A stretch of DNA of 64,000 bases. It comes from an uncultured Chlamydiae bacterium. Lineage in GTDB: Bacteria; Chlamydiota; Chlamydiia; Chlamydiales; Parachlamydiaceae. The stretch spans positions 1,888,001 through 1,952,000 of the forward strand of contig CAVWGN010000001.1 of assembly GCA_963754655.1 (NCBI GenBank), in the 5' to 3' direction. The notes beneath the pieces were generated by a model that saw only the letters and a list, made by a program, of their open reading frames with translations, ran no database searches and was not told the DNA's origin. Of this stretch, positions 10,572-22,151 are shown piece by piece. Position 1 is the first letter of the stretch; each line of letters opens with the position of its first letter. Both the position numbers and the translations under genes were made by a program.

Positions 10572-11873
10572 CTATAAAATGATGTGTAAACGATTCCTAA
10601 AAAAGTCTCTTAATTGATTACACCCTTGATTGGTTATATTACAAAAACTTAAGTTTAAAGATTGCAAAGAGGTCAAATCCTTTAAATGCGCAAGTCCTTG
10701 ATCGGTTAGCTTCGTCTGTCTTAAATCTAAAGATTGCAAAGAATTCAAATTCTTTAAATGCGCAAGCCCTTGATTGGTTATATTACAAAAACTTAAGTTT
10801 AAAGATTGCAAAGAGGTCAAATCCTTTAAATGCGCAAGCCCTTGATCGGTTATATCACAAAAACTTAAGTTTAAAGATTGCAAAGAGGTCAAATCCTTTA
10901 AATGCGCAAGCCCTTGATCGGTTATATCACAAGAACATAAGTCTAAAGATTGCAAAGAATTCAAATTCTTTAAATGCGCAAGCCCTTGATCGGTTAGCTT
11001 CGTATGTCTTAAATCTAAAGATTGCAAAGAATTCAAATTCTTTAAATGCGCAAACCCTTGATCGGTTATCTTCTTGCATCCACTTAAATTTAAAGATTGC
11101 AAAGAGGTCAAATTCTTTAAATGCGTAAGCCCTTGATCGGTGATCTGCTGACAATTTTTTAAATTAAGAGAAGTAAGATGAGTCAAGTTTTGGCTCAGTT
11201 TTTTAAGACCTGTATCTGTGATATTGCTATTAATTAAATCTAGACTTTCACAATTGCGGCAATGCTTAAGAACAAGTTGCAGATTAGACTGAGAAGGTTT
11301 TATAAGGGTTAAATTTTGAATCAAACCTCCAATCTGTGCATTCAATACTTGATTGAATGAAGAAAGACGATGGAGGTTAGCTTCGAAAAGCAAGGCGGTA
11401 ATGGGAGGATGAGAAGGAACAGATTTTAAGCTTTTGCAGACGGAACCTATTCCTTGTCTGCTATGAAAAATAATATTTTGCCAAATATCCAAAGGAAGAG
11501 TGTCAAGTGTCAAAAGAGATTCTCCTTCAGTAGCTTTTTTAATTTGAGAATTATCTTGAGACAAAAATTCTTCTTCATCTTCAGCAGAAAAATCTATCTC
11601 GTGTTGATCAACAAAGAGACTCCCAAGATCTGAATCTTGGTTGTGAATGCGATCTGAATCTTGAATGGAATCTGGGTCTTGAATAGGATTGAAAAGTTCT
11701 TTTGCTTTAAAATAAGAAGAGCAATAGGAAAAAGCAGCATAACAAGCTGCTAACAAACCTAAAGCTACAGAGACAATAATTAAAATTTTTTTATTTTGAC
11801 TCGTTAAAGTCGACTTAAACTTATCTATAAGCAAAATAGGACAAAAAGAATTAAAAGCCGGAAAATTAAACAA
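10572..11873 (-). CDS. F-box-like plus LRR protein with N-terminal hydrophobic leader (candidate effector)
   Basis: LDTLPLDIWQNII...SVCKSL F-box-like motif; 24-25-aa repeats LTSLQSLNLSFCDITDQGLAHLKD. Confidence 0.8.
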   Translation of the reverse strand: MFNFPAFNSFCPILLIDKFKSTLTSQNKKILIIVSVALGLLAACYAAFSYCSSYFKAKELFNPIQDPDSIQDSDRIHNQDSDLGSLFVDQHEIDFSAEDEEEFLSQDNSQIKKATEGESLLTLDTLPLDIWQNIIFHSRQGIGSVCKSLKSVPSHPPITALLFEANLHRLSSFNQVLNAQIGGLIQNLTLIKPSQSNLQLVLKHCRNCESLDLINSNITDTGLKKLSQNLTHLTSLNLKNCQQITDQGLTHLKNLTSLQSLNLSGCKKITDQGFAHLKNLNSLQSLDLRHTKLTDQGLAHLKNLNSLQSLDLCSCDITDQGLAHLKDLTSLQSLNLSFCDITDQGLAHLKDLTSLQSLNLSFCNITNQGLAHLKNLNSLQSLDLRQTKLTDQGLAHLKDLTSLQSLNLSFCNITNQGCNQLRDFFRNRLHIIL

Positions 11874-12122
11874 AATATTACTCCTAATTTATTAATTCTA
11901 TGAATTATAATCCTAAAATCAGTTTAAGTTCAATATTTACACATTATCTGGATGCCTTAGCAGCATGATGATTAAGCTGCTGTACTCGTGCCAACTTCAC
12001 CTTTCAAGATGAATATCGTAGATTTCTAAAAAAAATATGAGGTTGTGTTTGATGAAAAATATGTTTGGAATTCGGTGATTCTCTTGTAGTCCTTCAGACT
12101 ACATGAGGATAGGAAATATGCC

Positions 12123-14453
12123 CTTGTCATTACCCAAATTTTTCAAAAATTTATTATTTTCATTAACTTTGCACCTTCTACAAGATCTATAAGCCTACTC
12201 ATGCCAAGCCAAAGGGTCTTTAATCCCGGCATTCCATCACTTTTTCTGTTAATGTGACCTCCTAGCTTCCCGATCGCTAGCGCTACACATTTAACCGTCT
12301 TTATCTTCCTTTTAAGATAGGTTTCAAGGACTTTTATTTCAAATTGACTAAGTCCGCTTTCTTTTGCGTCGCCATCAGGATTAGTCCTTAAAGATTCTCT
12401 GAGATCTACTAGGGAGCGTACCTAAAAGATTTAAAATAATAACTCTTATGATTTATAATTTTCTGTGATAAAACAAGGGGGAAATTTGAATGAGTAGGAT
12501 AGTATTAACTAATGAAAGATGGATAAAAATAAAACCTTTATTGCCAAAAGAACGAGGATATTGGGGCAGACCAAGTCGGCCTCATCGTAAGATTTTAGAA
12601 GGCATTATTTGGATTTTAAGAACAGGAGCCGCTTGGAGGGATCTACCACCCAAGTATGGTCCTTGGAGCACATGTTATAATCGCTTTAATCGATGGACAA
12701 AGGCTGGAATCTGGCAAACGATTTGGCAAGCTTTAAAAGATGAAATTGACGAAGAAAATTACTCTGTAGACAGCTCAATTGTTGAAGCGCATCAAGATGC
12801 TTGTAGGATAAAAAAAAAGCCGAAGAAGCCATGGGAAAATCAAGGGCCGGAACAACCACAAAAATTCATGCAGTAACAGATGGATTAGGTCGTTGTATTG
12901 ATTTTATCTTGACAGAAGGTCAAGTACACGAGAGCACTCAAATGAAGCTTTTACTCAGTGGAAAAAATCCACAAAATGTTATAGCTGATAAAGCTTACGA
13001 CTCAAATGAAATCAGAAATTTTATAGAAAAGATGGGAAGTCAAGCTGTCATACCCAGCAAAGTATCAAGAGCTGAACTAATTGAACATGATAAACATATC
13101 TACAGAGAGCGTTGCTTGGTAGAAAATTTTTTTCAGTTTATAAAACGATTTAGGCGTATTGGAATAAGATACGAAATGAAAGCTCAAAATTATGCAGGAA
13201 TGTTGACGATCGCTTGTATTATACAATGGTTAATCTTTTAGGTACGCTCCCTAATCTAAGTGCAACAATACTCATAATCGCAACTGCAGCAAAAAGTCTA
13301 TGAGCATTTTCTAATTGAAGATCTTCGGCTCTTAATCCACTTTTAAGAGTTTTATGAAAATCTTCTATCATCCAACGTAGCGAATAATATTTTACAATAA
13401 GATATGCAGATTCAATATTATTTATGCTTAAAGAAGTATATAAAAACCATTCAATCGTACTGCCATCCTCGGGATCAACGCCCCAAACATGTACTACAGT
13501 CACTTGCAGCGCGGGTAATTCCCCAATACTATAACCGGGCCTTGCAGGAGCCCGTAGGGATACTTCTTGCCAATTTACATTCAATGAAATCGTTCTTTTT
13601 GTTGTTCCATTTCTTCCTCTGCGCTCAATTGTAGTAGCTCCTATTGGGGGTAATTCTCTTAATGTTTCAAACAAACGAATTTCCTAATCGTTATTATCTA
13701 CACGATCATGCTTGACTCGGATGATATAATCATATCCAGATGCCTGAGTATCCTGAAGAACTTCGTAAATATCTGCATTGCGATCACAGACTCTAATCAA
13801 TCTATTTTGATTACTCTTTGGAGCCTGGTTTTTAAGCATCTTTGACCACAAATCTGTCTCGAGCCCTTGTTGTCCGTTTCCTCGTTTATGGGTCTTCTCT
13901 CTTTAGGAGGACGCACATAATATTGTTGAGAGGGCAAACCTAAAATTTTTACACAGGGATCTTTTGAAGAGGTTTTGTTCCTTATTCCTAAAGCAATAGT
14001 AGAATGCAAAATAAATCCTTGATCCCCTTTTCTGCCAGAGCCTACAGGACCCAAACCTTCAATTAGTTCTTGTCCATTCCATTCAAATTCTGAACTATCT
14101 TCGATAAGTAAGATATCGCCATGCCAATTTAACATGTTTTGTGTTGCTAAAGCCCGATGGTTTGATTGAATGGTATCAGGTGTCATAACATTTTGATCAA
14201 GAAGATTATAGGGTGCTTTAATATCATACCACTTTGTATAAAGAGAGGAAAAAAATTGTCCTGGATGCATAGCTAGTTTTGTTGCCATATCAACTAATCT
14301 CCGCGTCCTCCTTTTATCAAATAGCTGAACTTTCCCAAAGTTTTTATAAGCCCACATGCCTGTATCAAATTCATATCGTGTTGTATGCATAAATATCTCC
14401 TTTGTTGAAACATCTATTATACAACAAACTTGAAAAATTTGGGTAATGACAAG
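12123..14453 (-). mobile_element. Second IS4 copy, inactivated and interrupted by IS5
   Basis: Same TIRs as 8594-10085; 1-bp deletion near 13900, TGG>TAG near 13685, IS5 inserted at 12412. Confidence 0.9.
12412..13251 (+). mobile_element. IS5-family (IS427-like) element, copy 1; orfA 12490-12876 and orfB to 13241, joined by a probable -1 frameshift
   Basis: TIR GGGAGCGTACCTAAAAGATT, TA duplication, WRDLPPKYGPWSTCYNRFNRW, ADKAYDS, A9G slippery run at 12810-12819. Confidence 0.92.
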
Positions 14454-14465
14454 GGCGATGCCCTG

Positions 14466-16316
14466 GGCTGGGATGAGAAAACAAAAAAATATTTAACAAC
14501 TAATTATTAGAACGCTTTTCCTCCTATTTTAAATTCGCTTGGCTTTTTAAAAAGAGGCTTTTATAATTGATTGCTCAAAATTAGATGAGGCATAAAATGG
14601 ATTCAAAAAGCACTCAAAAGCATGAGCGTCCTTCAGATATACGTAAACAAGTGAAGCATTACCAGGAAAGTCGCGATGAATGGAAGCAAAGAAACGCAGA
14701 AAAAAGAACTAAGATTCAAGCTCTAATGACTGATAAGAAACGATTAGGAGAAAGGCTACAAAAGGAACAAGATAATGTCTTGGCATTAAACAAACAGATA
14801 AAATGCCTTCAGTCGAGATTAGAAGAGGTAGAAGAGAAAAGTAAAATCAAAGATAAGCAAATTGATGAATTAAAAAAAAACTTGTGCAATAATTGAGCAA
14901 GAAATTAGCAACAATCGAAGGGTCGCTCGACATCAATATCCTATATTATTTATATTTTTTGTGATTTCACTTGCATTAGCTGCAATAGCATTTAGAGCGA
15001 TTCAGCGAATTTTCATCTCCATGCAGAGTTGTAACATTCCAATATTTAAATATTTCAATTTCCAGCCTTCATGGAAAAGCGTCGAATTGTGGTTTTTACG
15101 ATATGGGCTTTACAAGCTTATAAAGGCTAAGGAAAAGGCTTCAGATTGGATTATCCTTGTTGATTTTAAAGTTCAAGCTGGTTACCAAAAGTGCTTAATA
15201 GTTCTTGGAGTTCAATTAAGTACATTACAAAGTAAGTTTGAAAAAAGGGGCAGCTTTGATATTCATCATGAAGATTTCCAACCACTAGCGCTACAACCCA
15301 TGAATTCATCAACTGGTGAAAAAGTTGCGCATGTTTTAGAAGAAATATCGGAAAAAATTGGCCCATTTCTGCAGATAGTGGCAGATCATGGCAGTGATGT
15401 AAATAAAGGTGTAAGACTATATTGCCAAAACCATGAAAAAACAATAAACACCTATGATGTGGTCCATAAACTAGCAATTCTATTAAAAAAGGAACTGGAA
15501 AAAGATGATACTTGGAAACACATAATTCAATTGATTACAGATACAAAACAAAAGACAAAACAGAGTCCAGAGGCTTTTTTGAGCCCTCCCAAACAAAGAG
15601 AAAAAGCGCGATTCATGAATGCTGATATTTTAATTGATTGGCTACAAGATATTTTAAACCTTCTTCAAATGCAAGAGACGATTCCCCATTTAGATATAAA
15701 TAGATTAAAAGATAAAGCTGGTTGGATAGTTGATTTCGAAGAAGTCATTGAAAAATATGCTCAGATGATAGAAATCATTCGTTTGGCAAGGCATTTAGTA
15801 AGAACTGAAGGTCTTCATAGACGAAGCTATGCGACTTTTTTTCTTAAAGCAAGACTTCACTTTAGAAGTTTGAAACCAGAAGCACTACATTTGGCAAAAG
15901 AGATTTTTTATTTTTTGAAACAGGAAGGTAGAGTGCTATCCAAGGGACAGGTGTTAGTGGGAAGCAGCGAAGGAATAGAGTCTTTGATAGGAAGACAGAA
16001 AATAATAGTAGAGAGAACCAAAGCGACATCTAGTATAACTAAAAGTATCCTAAGTCTTGCAGGAATGGTTGGGGAAAATAATTGTGATATCTTACAAGAG
16101 GCTTTAGAAACGGTGTCAGTCGAAATGTTGGAGGAATGGGAAGAAACATGGATTGGCAAAACGGATTTAGCAAAACGAAAAGAAGTTTTGAGTTTGGGCA
16201 AAGTAAATTCAGATGTCATTGAACTTACTATAAAATCAAATAAATTGGAACCAGAACCGTTAGCGATTTTAGCTGTGTAAAAATCGGTTTTTAGCCCTCG
16301 TTTTCTCATCCCAGCC
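14466..16316 (+). mobile_element. Unclassified IS-like element with two ORFs (14585-14896 coiled coil; 14961-16280 putative DDE transposase)
   Basis: TIR GGCTGGGATGAGAAAAC; target duplication centred on CCTGG (length ambiguous); acidic motifs LVDF, VADHGSD, SSEGIES. Confidence 0.8.
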
Positions 16317-16610
16317 CTGGGCTATTTTCTTTGAAGCCTTTCAGGCTATTAAACAAATCGTGCTATTGGTTATTTAAAGATATCACTGATTCTTTAACCT
16401 CACTTACGTAAGGTGACTAAATCATTCATGAGCAAAAATATCCGCCGCTTCCTATTCTCGCTTCTCATATCTGGCATAAAACGTTCATGAGCAAAATATG
16501 TAGCCAGTGCTTGCAATTTATCCTATATTAAACACGATCTTTAATATTTTCAGAAACTCGTGCTCTAACTTTTCTCAGTAAGGCTTTTTTTAAAGAAATC
16601 AGCGCTTGAA

Positions 16611-18396
16611 TTAACTTGCTATAAGATTGTAGCAGCCGGTTGAGTCAAACTTTTTAAGCTTTTGGGAAGCTTGTCCAACGAGGCTATATTAGTGTATCCT
16701 ACATTAAGCTTTTCTAGCTTTGAAAAAGACTCATCAAGCTTTTGAAAGGATTCTGCCGTAAGAGACTCGCATCTCTCTAAGTCAAGCTCTTTAAGCTTTT
16801 GGGGGGCTTGTCTAAGGAGGCTATGTCAGTCCCTCTTACATTAAGCTTTTCTAGCATTGAAAAGGACTCATCAAGCTTTTGAAAGGATTCTGCTGTAAGA
16901 AGCCGGCATCTGTCTAAGTCAAGCTCTTTTAAGTTTTTGGGGAGCTTGTCTAGGGAGGCTATGTGAGTCGATCCTAAATCGAGATTTTCTAGCTTTGAAA
17001 AGGACTCATCAAGCTTTTGAAAGGATTCTGCTGTAAGATAATTGCAATACCTTAAGTCAAGCTCTTTTAAGTTTTTGGGGAGCTTGTCTAGAGAGGCTAT
17101 GCGAGTCGATCTTACATTAAGCTTTTCTAGCTTTGAAAAGGACTCATCAAGCTTTTGAAAGGCTTTTGCTGTAAGAGACTCGCCGCCGCATCCCATTAAG
17201 TCAAGCTCTTTTAAGTTTTTGGGGAGCTTGTCTAGGGAGGCTATGCGAGTCGAGCCTACATTAAGCTTTTCTAGCTTTGAAAAGGACTCATCAAGCTTTT
17301 GAAAGGACTTTGCTGTAAGAGACTTGCATACCCTTAAGTCAAGCTCTTTTAAGCTTTTGGGGAGCTTGTCTAGGGAGGCTATGCGAGTCGATCTTACATT
17401 AAGCTTTTCTAGCCTTGAAAAAGACTCATCAAGCTTTTGAAAGGATTCTGCTGTAAGAGACTTGCATTCGGCTAAGTCAAGCTCTTTTAAGCTTTTGGGG
17501 AGCTTGTCTAGGGAGGCTATGCGAGTCGAGCCTACATTAAGCTTTTCTAGCATTGGAAAAGACTCATCAAGCTTTTGAAAGGATTCTGCTGTAAGAGTGC
17601 ATCTCTTTAAGTCAAGCTCTTTTAAGTTGTTGGGGAGCTTGTCTAGGGAGGCTATGTAAGTCCTTCTTACATTAAGCTTTTCTAGCTTTGGAAAAGACTC
17701 ATCAAGCTTCTGAAAAGCTTCTGCTGTAAGATAATAGCAGCGCGCTAAGTTAAGCTCTTTTAAGCTTTTGGGGAGCTTGTCTAGGGATGCTATGTCAGTC
17801 GATTCTACACTAAGCTTTTCTAGGTTTGAAAAAGAGGATAAATCTAATTTCTCTATTGGAGTAGTGCCTGATAAAGTCAGAGATCGAAGATTGGGACAGG
17901 CTTGTTGTAATCTTCTGAGTTTTTCATTATCTAAGCTTGTAAAATCAGGAAGATCGAGTGTATTGATTTCTTCTCCAAATTGCAGGGCAGCCTCAAATGT
18001 TTGCTCAGGAGAAGGGTTACTATCTAACAACTCAAAAGCTATTACTTTTCCCATCATTTGTGAATAGATGTCCATTGAACCCGCTGCCTCAAGCAGCTCA
18101 GGGTAGCGAATATCATGTGGAGAAGGATTGTCTAAATACTGCATGATTTGCTTCCAAAGATTTTGATCTTCGGGTTGAATCTTAAGTTGTTGAAGTAAGT
18201 TTTTAACTTCCTGTGCAGTTTCTTGTGAAGGCAAAGAAAAGGCTGCTTGTCTTAAAAAATCTTGAATAATAAGATTAATTTTTTTTAAATTTTTCGTTTT
18301 ATCTGAAGAAACCTTTTCATTATTATAAGTGTTGATTAATTCCTTAAAAGAAACTTCGATAGACGAAGGTAAATGGTAAGAATGATTCGGATCCAT
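16611..18396 (-). pseudogene. LRR array copy 2; frameshifted near the 3' end (ORF 16777-18396)
   Basis: Single-T losses in T runs near 16790 and 16651 relative to other copies; normal terminal cap present out of frame. Confidence 0.85.
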
Positions 18397-18719
18397 ATTT
18401 TCTTCTCTCTTTTGATTATGATTAAAAATTTAATAAAATAATTAATAAATAATTTATTATGTTTACAAATGCTATTATACAAACTATTTTAATTTTTAAG
18501 CGAGTATTAAAAACAATTTTTATTTAGTTGACATTTGTATTAGATTTATTTTCAACTTGAGATTGATTTAATATCAAATGAATTTAGTAAAAAAATTTGA
18601 TTTGATATTAAATCTATGGAAACAGTTTTTCCTTCAAAAATATTTAACTAAATCGATCATAAAAATGAATAAAAACAAAAAATCCTGCCTTTTGTTGGCA
18701 TGAAGATGATCCGAATTGC

Positions 18720-19011
18720 CAGGGTGTTTTTACTAAACATATTTGACACTTGCAGCCCTTTAGGCTGCATGACACAACCCGCTCATAACCGAGGCGTTGT
18801 TCTAGTCTATTGCACTTACAGCCTTTCAGGCTGATAAAGAACCTCAGCTATAATATTAGACCACAAGTCTAAAAGTACAATAGGAAATTCCCTGCATTAG
18901 CCTGAAGGGCTTTAAGTGCAATAGACCATGGTAAAGCCCTTGTTATAAGTGGTTTATGTCATGCAGCCTGAAGGGCTGCAAGTATCAAATATGTTTAGTA
19001 AAAACACCCTG
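18720..19011. mobile_element. Palindromic CAGGG-ended MITE, copy 2 (complete, 292 bp)
   Basis: CAGGGTGTTTTTACTAAACATATTTGA...TCAAATATGTTTAGTAAAAACACCCTG. Confidence 0.85.
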
Positions 19012-19024
19012 ATTGAATTGCTTT

Positions 19025-19357
19025 TTATTGAATTTCTTGAAAGAAATCTTTGATCTTTGCTTCACATTCTTCTTTTGACATATATCCTACAAGGCGAGAA
19101 ACAACCTTTCCTTTATACATTAAGATAGTTGTCGGATAGGCTTTGACCTTTAAAAAGTTGACTAATAACGTCTCTTCATCAGCATCAATTTTAGCAAATT
19201 GGCATTCTTTCTTATATTTTTCATGTAATGTTTCAAAAATGGGAGCAAAATATCTACAAGGACGACACCAGTCTGCATAGACATCAATAATGAAGACCTT
19301 ATCTGATTGTTCAACTTCTTCATGAAAATTATTTTTGGTGAATTGAATAATTTCCAA
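19025..19357 (-). pseudogene. 5'-truncated thioredoxin duplicate (complete Trx domain, WCRPC)
   Basis: Near-identical to the C-terminal 110 aa of 37215-38063; only a TTG start. Confidence 0.75.
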
Positions 19358-19644
19358 AGCTTTTTGGAACTATCTCTTTCTCTTAAACTTTCATAGCCAA
19401 TTTGAAGATGATCCTGAAATTTGACCTCAGACACTTTAACGCTTTTTTGAACGATAGAATTTAATAAATCATCCATGACTTGCACATTCCGCTTTGGTAA
19501 TGGAAAAAGAGTGCTTCATATCCTTTATTTTTCACAATAATCAAAGCCTAAAGTAGTATTATTTATTTGAATATTAAAAAGATAATGATAAAATATTTAT
19601 GTGATTAGAATTGCTATTTTTTGTACAAAATTAACACCCTAAAC

Positions 19645-20239
19645 CCACGGTAAAGCTTCGATTAAATTTTTAAATCATTTAAAATAATCTTGAATCCGTT
19701 TTCAGACCTATCAGCCATAGGATTTGTTAAAAGATCGCTTAAGTTATCCCATTTATCTGCTAATTTAATTTGAGCAGCTCCTGCTGATTTATAAGGAGCT
19801 GTCATAATTTGGAGCTTTTTGCGCTCCTCTTTAGGAAGAGTTTTATCATCTGTGACTTCTTGTATAAAAGCAGTTATTCGCTCTCCAAATAAATCTAGAA
19901 GTTCTTGATAAGAAGTTTTCAGTATCTTCCAATGTATCATGGAGTAAACCTGCGATAATGATAGAGGGATCTCGAATGCTTCCTACCGTGACCAAGTGAT
20001 GCGCGACTGAAAGAGGATGGACGACATAAGGTGTTTGTGCCTCATCTTTGCGCAGTTGCTTGTGATGTTTATGAGCAGCAAATTCGACTGCTTTTAGAAT
20101 GAGATGTACATCTTCTTCAATCCAACCTTCCCCTCTTTCATAAACAGCCATTAAAACCTTTTGAAATTGAATAGACTTTTCTTGTACCTGAAAGAGAGGA
20201 GGGCCAAAATATTCTTTCACAACCTCATCTAACCTTTTA
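19645..20239 (-). pseudogene. Frameshifted, truncated HD-hydrolase duplicate
   Basis: Extra T at GAAGTTTTCAGT (~19918); 5' end removed by a deletion joining it to LRR copy 3. Confidence 0.85.
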
Positions 20240-20246
20240 GGTTGAG

Positions 20247-21536
20247 TCAAACTTTTTTAAGCTTTTCTAGCTTTGAAAAGGACTCATTAAGCTTTTGAAA
20301 GGATTCTGCTGTAAGAAGCCGGCATCTCTCTAAATCAAGCTCTTTTAAGTTTTTGGGGAGCTTGTCTAGGGAGGCTATGTCAGTAAATCCTAAATTAAGC
20401 TTTTCTAGCTTTGAAAAGGACTCATCAAGCTTTTGAAAGGCTTCTGCTGTAAGATAATTGCAATAGCTTAAGTCAAGCTCTTTTAAGTTTTTGGGGAGCT
20501 TGTCTAGAGAGGCTATGTTAGTCGATTTTACATTAAGCTTTTCTAGCTTTGAAAAGGACTCATCAAGCTTTTGAAAGGCTTCTGCCGTAAGAGACGACCT
20601 GCATCCTTCTAAGTTAAGCTCTTTTAAGTTTTTGGGGAGCTTGTCCAGGGAGGTTATATTAGTGAATCCTACATTAAGCTTTTCTAGCTTTGAAAAGGAC
20701 TCATCAAGCTTCTGAAAAGCTTCTGCTGTAAGAGACTTGCATACCATTAAGTTGAGCTCTTTTAAGTTTTTGGGGAGCTTGTCTAGGGAGGTTATATTAG
20801 TGAATCCTACATTAAGCTTTTCTAGCTTTGGAAAGGACTCATCAAGCTTTTGAAAGGATTCTGCTGTAAGAGACTCGCATCCGGCTAAGTTAAGCTCTTT
20901 TAAGTTTTTGGGGAGCTTTTCTAGGGAGGTTATGTTAGTCGATTCTACATTAAGCTTTTCTAGGTTTGAAAAAGAGGATAAATCTAATTTCTCTATTGGA
21001 GTAGTGCCTGATAAAGTCAGAGATCGAAGATTGGGACAGGCTTGTTGTAATCTTCTGAGTTTTTCATTATCTAAGCTTGTAAAATCAGGAAGATCGAGTG
21101 TATTGATTTCTTCTCCAAATTGCAGGGCAGCCTCAAATGTTTGCTCAGGAGAAGGGTTACTATCTAACAACTCAAAAGCTATTACTTTTCCCATCATTTG
21201 CGAATAGATGTCCATTGAACCCGCTGCCTCAAGCAACTCAGGATAGCGAATATCATGTGGAGAAGGATTGTCTAAATACTGCATGATTTGATTCCAAAGA
21301 TTTTGATCTTCGGGTTGAATGTTAAGTTGTTGAAGTAAGTTTTTAACTTCCTGTGCATTTTCTTGTGAAGGCAAAGAAAAGGCTGCTTGTCTTAAAAAAT
21401 CTTGAATAATAAGATTAATTTTTTCTAAATTTTTCGTTTTATCTGAAGAAACCTTCTCACTATTATAAGTGTTGATTAATTCCTTAAAAGAAACTTCGAT
21501 AGACGAAGGTAAATGGTAAGAATGACTCGGATCCAT
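20247..21536 (-). CDS. LRR array copy 3, C-terminally truncated by deletion
   Basis: Same N-terminus and repeats; ends KLEKLKKV without the cap. Confidence 0.8.
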   Translation of the reverse strand: MDPSHSYHLPSSIEVSFKELINTYNSEKVSSDKTKNLEKINLIIQDFLRQAAFSLPSQENAQEVKNLLQQLNIQPEDQNLWNQIMQYLDNPSPHDIRYPELLEAAGSMDIYSQMMGKVIAFELLDSNPSPEQTFEAALQFGEEINTLDLPDFTSLDNEKLRRLQQACPNLRSLTLSGTTPIEKLDLSSFSNLEKLNVESTNITSLEKLPKNLKELNLAGCESLTAESFQKLDESFPKLEKLNVGFTNITSLDKLPKNLKELNLMVCKSLTAEAFQKLDESFSKLEKLNVGFTNITSLDKLPKNLKELNLEGCRSSLTAEAFQKLDESFSKLEKLNVKSTNIASLDKLPKNLKELDLSYCNYLTAEAFQKLDESFSKLEKLNLGFTDIASLDKLPKNLKELDLERCRLLTAESFQKLNESFSKLEKLKKV

Positions 21537-21860
21537 ATTTTCTTCTCTCTTTTGATTATGATTAAAAATTTAATACAATAATTAATAACTAATTTATTAT
21601 GTTTACAAATGCTATTATACAAACTATTTTAATTTTTAAGCGAGTACTAAAAACACTTTTTATTTAATTGACATTTGTATTAGATTTATTTTCAACTTGA
21701 GATTGATTTAATATCAAATGAATTTAGTAAAAAAAATTTGATTTGATATTAAATCTATGGAAACAGTTTTTCCTTCAAAAATATTTACCTAAATCGATCA
21801 TAAAAATGAATAAAAATAAAAAAATCCTGCCTTTTGTTGGCATGAAGATGACCGAATTGC

Positions 21861-22151
21861 CAGGGTGTTTTTACTAAACATATTTGACACTTGCAGCCCT
21901 TTAGGCTGCATGACACAACCCGCTCATAACCGAGGCGTTGTTCTAGTCTATTGCACTTACAGCCTTTCAGGCTGATAAAGAACCTCAGCTATAATATTAG
22001 ACCATAAGTCTAAAAGTACAATAGGAAATTCCCTGCATTAGCCTGAAGGGCTTTAAGTGCAATAGACCAGGGCAACGCGCTGGGTATAAGTGGTTTGTGT
22101 CATGCAGCCTGAAGGGCTGCAAGTGTCAAATATTTTTAGTAAAAAACACTG
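21861..22151. mobile_element. Palindromic CAGGG-ended MITE, copy 3 (short-unit type)
   Basis: As copy 1; right end AAAAAACACTG fused to ATTGTTCAAC of trx. Confidence 0.8.

Larger units (their letters stand above)
8484..16417. mobile_element. Palindromic REP-containing element (~430 bp when emptied) expanded to 7.9 kb by nested insertions
   Basis: ~110-bp terminal inverted repeats (8484-8593 vs ~16316-16417, TCACCTTACG...CGTAAGGTGA); central hairpin at 10095-10305; flanks TAAATTA/TAAATCA where other units have a single TAAATCA. Confidence 0.85.

Noticed and set aside
16611..16800. Phase variation of LRR copy 2 by T-run slippage
   Set aside because: The runs are only 4-6 nt and two separate losses are present; decay or sequencing error is at least as likely.
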